A DNA stretch of 64,000 nt from a virus. Made by a program: the position numbers and the translations under genes. The notes below the pieces were generated by a model that was not told the DNA's origin, did not search any database, and saw nothing but the letters and a program-made list of their open reading frames with translations. The DNA lies in the IMG/VR virus record IMGVR_UViG_3300042526_000402, positions 32,001 to 96,000 of that record; one strand, written 5' to 3'. Of the stretch, positions 57,001-64,000 are shown one piece after another (positions within the stretch are counted from its first letter, which is position 1; every line of letters starts with the position of its first letter).

Positions 57001-58965
57001 TGTTCCCTCACCTTTCTGTAATCCCCAAGCTTCTTCAATTTCTTGAGGTGATGCATTTTTATATTTTTGCATTTGGTCAATGTACATATCAAATGTACCA
57101 GCTCTCAAAGAAGTAGTTACATCTGATATGAATGCAGCACTTGAAGCATCTTTTAATTTTTTAGTAGTTTGCTCATCCGGTTCATTTACATTTCTTGCAA
57201 GAGCAGATATTGTTGCATAGTTATTGATTCTTGGATCAAACATCTTTTCAGGATTTGAAAGAAGTCCATTAAATGCATTTACTATCTGATCTGCTTCAGC
57301 ATCTTTTTGTTTAATATAAGTGTCATAAGAATCTTTTGATTTAAAGATCTTGTTACCTAATCTTGAACCATGTTTTACTAATTTAGAAGGTCCTTGTAAT
57401 AAAGAACCCATAGCAAAACCAGACAAGAATGTTTCAGAAAAAACACTTTGTTCAGATAAACCATCTGCTAATGCTGACATAGCAAATCTATAACTCTTAA
57501 CAGAAGGATCATAGAAAGCTTTTGTATAATAATCTTCTACAGCTGCAGATAGAGCTTCTTGACCAACTTCTTGGAAACCTTCAATTAAGTTAGCTTTAAA
57601 ATAGTTGATTGCTCCCGCACCCATTTTACGCGGGTTTGTTACAGCTTTCAATGAGTTTTTAAAGTTAATAGGAACTTTCTCCATTGATGCTTTAGCAATA
57701 TCATCAGCATTATTCATAACAAGCTGAAACTCTTTTCCTACTGTACCCACAACTTTACCAGCATTTAAACTTGGTAAGCCTTTTAAAAATTTAGCTTTTG
57801 TTATTGATGGAAAAGCTAGCTTATTAGAATAAAATACTAAAGCAGTATTTGCAATAGTATTTGTAGTACCTGCAGCTTTAGCAGTCTTCATCATTCCTAG
57901 TGTTGTCTTTTCATCCGGAGCTTTGTTATACTTATCTACATAATTATTATAAAAGTTGTTAAACTTAGTTTCTTCAGACATACCACCTTCAAGCTTACCT
58001 TCAGATAAAGCTAAGTTCATAGCCATCATATCATGCCAGAAAGCACCAGCAGTTCTTGTTGACCTAGCAAGACCAGTTAAATTATCTACATTTTTCCATT
58101 CACCTAACTTAGTTATAGCCTCAACTGTATTCTCTAAAGGATTCAAACCTTTTCCTAAAGTAGTAGCAGCTGATTTAGCACCATTCCAAAATGTCTTTGC
58201 AGAGTTAACAGCAGTTAAACCATCTATAGCTTTACCTAATTTTGATATAGTCTTAGCTGTTTTATATAATGCTCCTGGAACTTTCCATAAGTTTTTTAAA
58301 CCTCCACCAATACCTCCAAGTACTGCACCTGGTATAGCACCAACACCACCTTCAGCAAAACCTACAACACCACCAATAACAGCTCCTTCTACAGCACCCT
58401 CAAGCATGATACCAGCAGAGTAAGAAAATGAATTTAATAAGTTTACACCAAATCCACCAACACCTCCTCTACTAGAGTAACCTAACATGTTATAGTATTC
58501 ATAATCTTTTGCAGATTCTGTATTAGCAGCAAATCCTTTACCAGTAGCAATGTCTTTATAAGACTTCAAAGGGTCCATAAAACCTAAACCAACCATTGGT
58601 AATGCAGCAGATGTCAACCATCTCTTCATCTCATCACCTGTAGTTGTACCTTTGTTATAATTAAGTTCATTATTGATTAATGGATCAAATCCAATTCTAT
58701 CATATGTTTTTTGACCAAAAGCTTTATATCTTTCTTTAAATGATCCAGTGGGTGAACTATCAAAAGCAAAAGCTTTACCATACTCATTAGTATCATTTAA
58801 AGAAAGTATATTGTTTCTTGTACTTTGTACAAGTTGTTGACCAAATGCTTTAGCTGGTGACACTTCAGGTTTAGGTTGTCCTTTAGGAGCAGGTGTTGCT
58901 GGAACTCTTGATTTTAATCCATAGTTTTGAGCAAACGCGTCAAGTGAACTTATGTTATCTGCCAT
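51022..58965 (-). CDS. giant virion cargo protein with Gly-rich membrane segment and PD-(D/E)XK nuclease domain
   Basis: 2647 aa; GAVIGGVVGFAEGGVGAIPGAVLGG; TGEIDLL...IIDIKT...QLSIYA. Confidence 0.75.
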   Translation of the reverse strand: MADNISSLDAFAQNYGLKSRVPATPAPKGQPKPEVSPAKAFGQQLVQSTRNNILSLNDTNEYGKAFAFDSSPTGSFKERYKAFGQKTYDRIGFDPLINNELNYNKGTTTGDEMKRWLTSAALPMVGLGFMDPLKSYKDIATGKGFAANTESAKDYEYYNMLGYSSRGGVGGFGVNLLNSFSYSAGIMLEGAVEGAVIGGVVGFAEGGVGAIPGAVLGGIGGGLKNLWKVPGALYKTAKTISKLGKAIDGLTAVNSAKTFWNGAKSAATTLGKGLNPLENTVEAITKLGEWKNVDNLTGLARSTRTAGAFWHDMMAMNLALSEGKLEGGMSEETKFNNFYNNYVDKYNKAPDEKTTLGMMKTAKAAGTTNTIANTALVFYSNKLAFPSITKAKFLKGLPSLNAGKVVGTVGKEFQLVMNNADDIAKASMEKVPINFKNSLKAVTNPRKMGAGAINYFKANLIEGFQEVGQEALSAAVEDYYTKAFYDPSVKSYRFAMSALADGLSEQSVFSETFLSGFAMGSLLQGPSKLVKHGSRLGNKIFKSKDSYDTYIKQKDAEADQIVNAFNGLLSNPEKMFDPRINNYATISALARNVNEPDEQTTKKLKDASSAAFISDVTTSLRAGTFDMYIDQMQKYKNASPQEIEEAWGLQKGEGTKALENLDKAVLSAKTIKNRYDYAYRKFKPQLSTQNLKKDSEEYKKAMIYQMAHQEGINSFVFLQSNFDDTLKRLDKLYGSLSKLSSISGNSFSNFSILTNNENKLNREVEMLKSDIELGTKSGDPQTQQEIEQKRKLLSSLYRFQQTQQEVSQILGINMFVSAFGTPEEKAQVQETGSDISPELRQEYADTFKNVLDAIAGSNENRIKLQNEIDENGGFEELFDSLYDTHLLVKDKNILSDYINILADPKEFNEHVERNFQWMKNMYDNRKDYVKDIVNQEFANAEKNEVLNELASKGIYVDLDKFADWVEDSKNIPDEFIDTTNNMIINENSVLYGEYAEIFMRASNALAKKPAGEPMTDKQKLDDKLNELKTAKEAEIKEAREVYEQQFADEIGRTLSEVEQENTVITDANTKLEEDKKKAEADIKLLTDALEAIADNDVKKIIKTVDALVAENIISEEDLDKLLTLDDSDPAVIQELQALVSKIYTPGLSKEDVLKAGLSIMSLPEFLAQSINAQKQVLSQEPAEIFDVESTKAFNVYTEKVEQINASYDESEKEVKESFAQKGITEDTVDEITVNTPYDQMPDELKAQLDISFDKFLEEIGDKASLKEVNLAEYESRRERWLESPQSDAREIIKVYNEKAFAESKARAEKLKEPPFLKYNKKQVTSGDTIFALNQLYKQLKKLSETGKDAKGNNLTEQQKADLNEDLENLQGYLDAIAKTYKPKSVAQKVVDTIIERVINRRDEVEDVFDEEGRKTRKFAGEETVSTDIEAKKADIEKRSRVADIITSQFELGAALPEILDKLAEQGYVEKINNSAFFKQSTGRDAIVFNIDGAIVPVYRSSQGTSSKTKGEWYPFFFNGGDWLVKAGADTYKDGYNNPIIKQILDSLNKNYKYDKPIAKVEGNNQQLLSLLPLGGLNLDVSYEDNNGIYDFKNYAAIAIILKDWQSKLGNIDVSGYQDYLDGASSSLIKTNPTLKSEIEKVFNGVSSIFEELAALDKTTTEPSTQLKRVTEIAAKITEDITGKAWTGYNRKDFYANTFAEILENETDPQKAVDIFMDKFKLLAKRSKAFNSKSKIERIEADLRKNPTVEGVRETIDKYAFIESSEAGTKVDELIRKFLTIDTGNGEGFAEVNYTGSIDINGVEYKVSEFMSEKAFNRLFGPGGIVSSIRSKMIDGEFVLFPENLLVFDKTLGITGEIDLLAVNAKGEVMIIDIKTSKNWDGYESENSYNRIKHQAQLSIYATLFYNMTGIKVSKLQILPLGINVNTEGYVNDIDKAQVTVKDAEGNDVVNKDGSTSKKVLAPGYYELPFLDAVSEYGVMMIKPEFTEEEADDDSGDTGTDELTSTPEVLEETEDLVNISLNDLVNKTVMFNGSAGKLIMLEDGSFAVEKNTVKDEALLKQMIGQFQSDLDTETESDIREQLEKAIADTKALLDKPEKEIEVVYHNFKPATNGSLNTMDLGISVITGITFPFQTNKVNGKVIKAKFDNADETKATINGVHYDVVRDKSGSIVGLSYKRNDKIISEIDEEIVFALGEIKRLSELVKPKDIKRSKVSQFYLLNEISQLKDRVTRLEKEKQDLLNTNDVVFQKGGNANDYIFALNSLPNSFQKATKSFKPQDEKKHLKEMDRLSLSAAVSKAITQILDTEEYPETLDILFEVGVQGIAISELDYIYKWIDQKVDELYSLGVSVVNRGDLVDDISNQINSLLQLKNDLNLIKIIKDGKTKKARFSKQQAAANKVFGPNAGKVQKRSGVPKNEKSSNRQAETVPGLSGKGETVSTDELKEIVNSARSIKPSLTAVKKEKELGENPSFFEAINKAKDKDELDKAFEDAINNRGDISYTTIQEAYKKREQELPNVSADTIKKGTLLISKKPIFEGAENSVVEVFMINKDTNQVVVKLYGTDTKKVFTEQEIKNNFTMYSKEAMEKEKVGKAPVTEQDKELSKESHDNLEKFSNAKDKIIKLESEAEDENDDDIFNKLKDNSKYCK

Positions 58966-58978
58966 GATTTAAATTATA

Positions 58979-61900
58979 TTAATATGAAAAACCAGCATCT
59001 TTAGGTGTGATGCCAAAGAATTTTGTCATGTTTGCTAATGCTTTTTGATTATTTTCTTTATGGAATTTTTGAAACATTTGTATGTTATGCTGATTAGCTG
59101 ATTCTATTTTTGAAATAATCTCTTGTTTTGCTTCTGAAATATTTTTACCAAGAGCTAATGATTCAGTATCATTTAAATCAGGTACTAAATTACCATCCTC
59201 ATCTGCAACATGGTATTTAACATTATATCTAATGTCTCCTGATTGAGGATCTTTTTCAAATACAAAATTACCACCATTGTTTGGATCAACATATCTAATT
59301 TTACTTTTAAGATTAAGCATAGCCTCACTTGGATCAATTTCATTTGATTGAAACATTTGATTTTTCCATGAAGATTTTGGAGCTACATAAGTAATACCAT
59401 TGTTATAAATCTTTTCTAATTCTGTTGCACTAATTTTGTAATCTCCATCTTTGAGATGTTTTTCTAAAAACTCTCTTGGAAATTTAATAGTCATAGCACC
59501 AGCATTTTCATTTTCAAATGCAATCTGACTCTGAAGTAGTTTAAACAATACAGGTTTGTCTTTTTGTTTTTGACTTGCTAGATATAACAAATCATTTGCT
59601 AATCTCTTGTATTTATTAAACTTACCAGCATTTTCTTCATTAACTTCTATTTTACCACCTTTATTTGGACCATCAATACTTATACCATGTAATCCATCTT
59701 GGTTTGAAAATGAAATTTTATTTATATCCTCAACAGTTTGTGCAAAATACTGATACCCATCAGAACCTTTCCAACCTAAATTAACATCAATACTTGTTGG
59801 AACTGCTGCTAAACTACCTTTACCTTTACCTTGCATTTTAGTTGGAGCTACTGTTCTCATACCAATTTTATTATTAGAATTAGTAACAGTAGCATTAAAT
59901 GTTTTGTTAAGCATTTTTAAAATTGAAGCTCCATCTTCATTATGAGTATAAACATCACCTGCTTTTATTTGAGATGTTGAACTAATGTTTGTTGTTGGTG
60001 ATACAGTTGTATAAGAACCACCTGGTGTTTTTTTATTATTTGCATGAACAAGTTTCTTTTTTCTTCTATTTGCTCCAATAATAGAATTTTCAACCAAATC
60101 TTCAAATCTATCTTCATCTATTTTACCTTGTAAATATTGTTCATTATAAAGTTTTAAAATTTCTTTACTTACTTGGTCAGATAAATTTGCAGATGCTAAA
60201 GCTGTAGATAAATCTTTTTGAATAACCTTATAATTATCTTTTTTAGCCTCTTTATAAACTTTAAAGAATTGTCTAACTTCTTCAAAATTACCAGAATCTT
60301 TAGCTTTACTTAAATAATTTCTTGAAAGAGAAGTACCATCATTTGCATAAGCCCATCTATCCATTTTATCTTTCATATTAAAAAGCTTTCCTTGGACAGT
60401 TAAATTTCTTACTGTTTGTGATTTATTATTTCTATAGTCTTCTTTAATTTTTCTAAACTCTTGTAAAGCTTTATCAGGAGTTGTTCCTAATATACCAGCT
60501 AATTCAACTCTATCAATTTCTGGATTAGAACCTTCAATACCACTGGAAATTAAATTAATTAAGTTATTTGCATAACCAGTTGCATTTTTATCAACTGTTT
60601 GAAATAAGTAATCTCTATTATGCTTCATCCAGTTTACAGTCACATTACCTGTATTACCAGCATTAATAGGTTCAAACTTCTGAGTATTTTTTGTTGCAAC
60701 TATATTACCATTTTTATCAAGTTCAGCGGCACCAATAGATAACATGTGCTCTTTAACTAAATTATCTTCTTCAAATTTAGCTTTAGCAATTGCCATTTTT
60801 TCATCATGTTTTTGCTGATCTTTAAATTTAGAGATTTCAAAGTCATACTTCATTTTATCTCTCTGCATATTAAATGCATTTTGACTAGCATCTCTTCTCA
60901 TGTTATGAGAATGTCTCATATTTTCAAGACCAATAGGATTTACTTTTGTATCATAAATCATACCTATTTTAGCATAATCATTAGCAGCACCTAGTATATC
61001 TTCTTGAGCTAATAAGTTAGCATATCCAGAATCTATTTTATCTCTACTTAATTCTAAGTTATCAATATCCAGACCACCTGTTTTAGCACCTAAACCTTGA
61101 GTATTTACAGTGTTTGATTGACCATTTAATTGTTCATTAAGTTTAGAGTTATGATCTTTAATAAAAGATTCAACTTCAAGAGACTGTTGAATTCTTTGTA
61201 AATAAGAACCTTGTTTAGGATGTACATCACCTTTTTCTATGTCATTCTCAACAGAACTTTTCTTATTGTTTTCAACTGTTACTTTTTCATCAGCTTGTGT
61301 ACTTTTTTCTGAAACAAAATTACTCAAGTGTCTGTACTGTTCTTGTAAGTAATCTTTTTCAGCAGCTTTTTTATCTCCATTAAACTTAGAAGCTCTTGTA
61401 TCAATCTCAGTTTTTCTTTTTACATATGCTTCTGTGGCATAAACTCTTTGTAATTCTGGATCATTTACATAGGTATTTAAAAATAATTTCTGTAAACTTG
61501 GAATTACAAGTTCACCATTTTTTTGTCTTACCATGTACATTCCTGATTTATCAGGTTGTGTAATGTCAACAGAAATATTATATTCTTTTGCTAAATCAAA
61601 ATATTTTTTTTGAGCATTAACATAAGGTGTGTAAGATATATTAGAAAAACTTAAAACTTCAGAAGCATCCGCATTTTTAAATTCTTCTAATCTCATTTGC
61701 ATAGCCTTTACACCAACATCCCAGTACCTAGCTCTTTCTTTTTCATCCTTACTATTTAGTAATGAGGTAGCCATTCCTACCTCAGAATTATAATTTTTTG
61801 TAAGTGCTATATCTTTTATTAAATTTTTATTTTCATAAAAAGGCTTGAAAACTTGTGTAGCTTGCTGAACATTTTGTTCTAATGATAAATCTAATCCTGA

Positions 61901-62134
61901 TACTCTTTTTAATTCAAAATCAATTTTTTTAAGATAGTCATCTTTCATCTTATTACTATCATCTCTTGTGACAGCACTGTTGTATAATTGACCGTATAAG
62001 TTGTTTATATTATTAAAATTGGTATCATATTGATTTTGCTTTGTTTGCAAAACATTCAGATAAAAATTATAATCTGGCTGAAACGGTTGTATTTCAGGAA
62101 TATAATCTGTAACACCTTGTAAATAAGTAGCCAT
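58979..62134 (-). CDS. large virion-associated protein (putative cargo)
   Basis: 1051 aa, co-oriented directly upstream of the giant genes. Confidence 0.65.
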   Translation of the reverse strand: MATYLQGVTDYIPEIQPFQPDYNFYLNVLQTKQNQYDTNFNNINNLYGQLYNSAVTRDDSNKMKDDYLKKIDFELKRVSGLDLSLEQNVQQATQVFKPFYENKNLIKDIALTKNYNSEVGMATSLLNSKDEKERARYWDVGVKAMQMRLEEFKNADASEVLSFSNISYTPYVNAQKKYFDLAKEYNISVDITQPDKSGMYMVRQKNGELVIPSLQKLFLNTYVNDPELQRVYATEAYVKRKTEIDTRASKFNGDKKAAEKDYLQEQYRHLSNFVSEKSTQADEKVTVENNKKSSVENDIEKGDVHPKQGSYLQRIQQSLEVESFIKDHNSKLNEQLNGQSNTVNTQGLGAKTGGLDIDNLELSRDKIDSGYANLLAQEDILGAANDYAKIGMIYDTKVNPIGLENMRHSHNMRRDASQNAFNMQRDKMKYDFEISKFKDQQKHDEKMAIAKAKFEEDNLVKEHMLSIGAAELDKNGNIVATKNTQKFEPINAGNTGNVTVNWMKHNRDYLFQTVDKNATGYANNLINLISSGIEGSNPEIDRVELAGILGTTPDKALQEFRKIKEDYRNNKSQTVRNLTVQGKLFNMKDKMDRWAYANDGTSLSRNYLSKAKDSGNFEEVRQFFKVYKEAKKDNYKVIQKDLSTALASANLSDQVSKEILKLYNEQYLQGKIDEDRFEDLVENSIIGANRRKKKLVHANNKKTPGGSYTTVSPTTNISSTSQIKAGDVYTHNEDGASILKMLNKTFNATVTNSNNKIGMRTVAPTKMQGKGKGSLAAVPTSIDVNLGWKGSDGYQYFAQTVEDINKISFSNQDGLHGISIDGPNKGGKIEVNEENAGKFNKYKRLANDLLYLASQKQKDKPVLFKLLQSQIAFENENAGAMTIKFPREFLEKHLKDGDYKISATELEKIYNNGITYVAPKSSWKNQMFQSNEIDPSEAMLNLKSKIRYVDPNNGGNFVFEKDPQSGDIRYNVKYHVADEDGNLVPDLNDTESLALGKNISEAKQEIISKIESANQHNIQMFQKFHKENNQKALANMTKFFGITPKDAGFSY

Positions 62135-62152
62135 AATTTTTTATTATTTAGT

Positions 62153-62164
62153 ATTGTAAAACTA
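62153..62164 (-). promoter_or_regulatory. possible -7 promoter box variant TAGTTTTACAAT
   Basis: TAnnTTTACAA also occurs at 29807 (+) and 14097 (-), each shortly upstream of a start codon. Confidence 0.35.
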
Positions 62165-62198
62165 TTAAAATATTATAAGTTTAATAAACATATCAAGT

Positions 62199-64000
62199 TT
62201 AAAAAATAAAAGGAAAAGTTATATCACTATACATAAAACCACCCATTTTAAGTGGCGGTGTTTTGTCTGTTGCTGGATATTGAGCTAATATAGCGGCTTT
62301 AGCATCAGCATCTAAATCTGAACTTTCCGTAGTTTTACTTTGAGAATCTTTTAAACACTTAGCTAATGCCTCTCCAGATAAACCTAATTTTTTACAGTCC
62401 TCAGCATTACTAAAATAATCATTAGCTGTAGTTGGAGTATGTTGTTTAGCTTTTGTTGGATCAAATGTAACTCTACCACCTGTTCTAGGATCTGTTTTGT
62501 ATTGAGGATGCATAGTATTCATAGCTTGAGTCTTAGCAGCATTGGTAATTCCTGATACAGTTTGATTTATCACGTCATTAACTGATGCTCTCTTAAAATT
62601 ATCAAACTGTTGATTAGCTACTGTATTTTGGTCATACATCTTAGCTTGATTAGCTTGATTCATTGAAGCCTCTTGATTGTTAATATTTGCAATATTACTT
62701 TCAAATTGGTTTGCAATGTTTACATTGGCATTATTGTACTTAGCCATTACATCCGCAGCATTTTTAGATGCTTGTCCTTGTATAGAAGCAGATCTAGCTG
62801 ATAATGCTTGTGGTCCTGCAAACTGAGCCATACCAGCAGTTTGAATATTTGCTTGTTCTGCATTAGCAGCAAGTTCTCTAGTAGGATCCATAAAAGTAGG
62901 TTTTGGTGTTTGCAAGTCTACTCTTGCAGCTCCCATAGGCATATACTTTTTAGCAGAAAATAAATTCATAGCTGCACCTGCAGTCTTGATTTTATCTTGT
63001 AACCAGAATGGAGCATCTTCTTCTGTAGGCTGTTCTACAGTTTCATCTTTTTCCTCTGTGTTAATAACAGTACCATCTTCAGTTTTTACTTGTGGTTGTT
63101 CATCATCTACATATTCTCCTTGGTTATTTGCAATACCATAACTTTGAGCAGCTGTTGTGTTACCTTCATATCCATCAATAGGTGAAGTTTGAGCAAACAA
63201 TTTACCACCAGCAGTTTCATCAGTATCACCTGTATGATATAAAAATTTACCACCTGAAGCATCTTTAGGATCACCTAACATGTTTTCTAAAGCATAAGCT
63301 TCATTAGCGTCAGTATACTTACCAGATCTAAAATCATTGTTTAACTGAACATAACCTCTACCAACAGATTGAGCTAATTTTACATCTAAAGAACCTTCTT
63401 TTGGTGCAACTGTAATACCTGCTTTTCTTTGAACAGCTTGTAAGCTGCTCCAATCTTGTTTTTCATATTTATCAATTTCAGCTTGTGCTTCTTTTACATC
63501 AGTAAACACACCTGCTTTTACAAGGTCATCAGCACTTTTTAATTTTTCACCACTGTTAGTAAACATAGCTGTATTTACACCAGTTTCTTTAAGTTTATTT
63601 GCTCTTCTAGTCTGATCAAGCATTATTTTTGCTACACTATCTTCAGTTAATGTTCCATTTTCAATAGCTTTTAGCATTGCTGGATCAACTTTACCATTTG
63701 AATAAGAAGACTTATCTTTTATCTGCATCAAAGTAGACTCATACAATTTCTTTTTTACAATAGGATCTTTTAAAGTTTCTTCCAACAGTGCTTCTTGAGC
63801 TCTATTTATTTTAGCTAATTGTGTAAGATCCTTACCATCAAAAGTTTCACCTTTTGGAGCAATGTATTTTTGTTTCTTACCATCTTTTATGTAATCAACA
63901 TCTTTACCTTTATTGTCATACCTCAGTCTTCTGATTTCTGCAGGAGTCTTACCTGTTATATCAACTTTCTGTCTTTCTTTTACTTCACCTTGTGTTTGAT
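62199..64000 (-). CDS. virion-associated protein, 5' end outside the window
   Basis: Frame is open from the window edge through 63785; Ala/Asn/Gln-rich; C-terminal KMGG motif. Confidence 0.7.
   Translation of the reverse strand, partial: QTQGEVKERQKVDITGKTPAEIRRLRYDNKGKDVDYIKDGKKQKYIAPKGETFDGKDLTQLAKINRAQEALLEETLKDPIVKKKLYESTLMQIKDKSSYSNGKVDPAMLKAIENGTLTEDSVAKIMLDQTRRANKLKETGVNTAMFTNSGEKLKSADDLVKAGVFTDVKEAQAEIDKYEKQDWSSLQAVQRKAGITVAPKEGSLDVKLAQSVGRGYVQLNNDFRSGKYTDANEAYALENMLGDPKDASGGKFLYHTGDTDETAGGKLFAQTSPIDGYEGNTTAAQSYGIANNQGEYVDDEQPQVKTEDGTVINTEEKDETVEQPTEEDAPFWLQDKIKTAGAAMNLFSAKKYMPMGAARVDLQTPKPTFMDPTRELAANAEQANIQTAGMAQFAGPQALSARSASIQGQASKNAADVMAKYNNANVNIANQFESNIANINNQEASMNQANQAKMYDQNTVANQQFDNFKRASVNDVINQTVSGITNAAKTQAMNTMHPQYKTDPRTGGRVTFDPTKAKQHTPTTANDYFSNAEDCKKLGLSGEALAKCLKDSQSKTTESSDLDADAKAAILAQYPATDKTPPLKMGGFMYSDITFPFIF

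Noticed and set aside
33880-60994. Many short + strand ORFs inside the giant - strand genes, and short antisense or nested ORFs in the + arm
   Set aside because: Ser/Phe/Leu/Ile-rich shadow frames of real genes, without leaders or motifs
32736-64000. Stop-codon reassignment, known in some crAss-like phages
   Set aside because: Giant ORFs are uninterrupted in code 11, and TAA, TAG and TGA all end tightly packed genes

Overview
About 64 kb of an AT-rich lytic dsDNA phage genome of the crAss-like (Crassvirales-related) type, probably infecting a Bacteroidota/flavobacterial host. Host inference rests on the absence of Shine-Dalgarno sites, A-rich leaders, TAnnTTTG-type boxes and a Bacteroidota-style ClpS. 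Standard code 11 fits. The + strand (about 390-32700) carries many small early genes, then replication and nucleotide-metabolism genes: SF2 helicase, UDG, DnaB-like helicase, P-loop ATPase, SSB-like protein, primase, GIY-YIG nuclease, vWA/MoxR pair, PD-(D/E)XK nuclease, family B polymerase, ThyX and MazG-like pyrophosphatase. After a strong terminator at about 32700, the - strand carries giant virion-cargo genes, including a 3466-aa virion RNA polymerase (DFDID motif). Most notable observations: (1) a 430-bp intergenic array of alternating structured RNA elements and tRNA-like cloverleaves, between a Csx20-like (candidate ring nuclease) gene and a Janus/PHPT1-like gene; (2) a non-canonical tRNA-like RNA with a Lys(UUU)-type loop in front of the polymerase gene; (3) enzyme cassettes apparently inserted in frame into the giant proteins, including a PNK-like kinase in the RNAP flanked by a 7-bp direct repeat; (4) an HTH + sigma-region-4 + alpha-CTD fusion protein. 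All family assignments come from motif recognition by eye; no database search was run.
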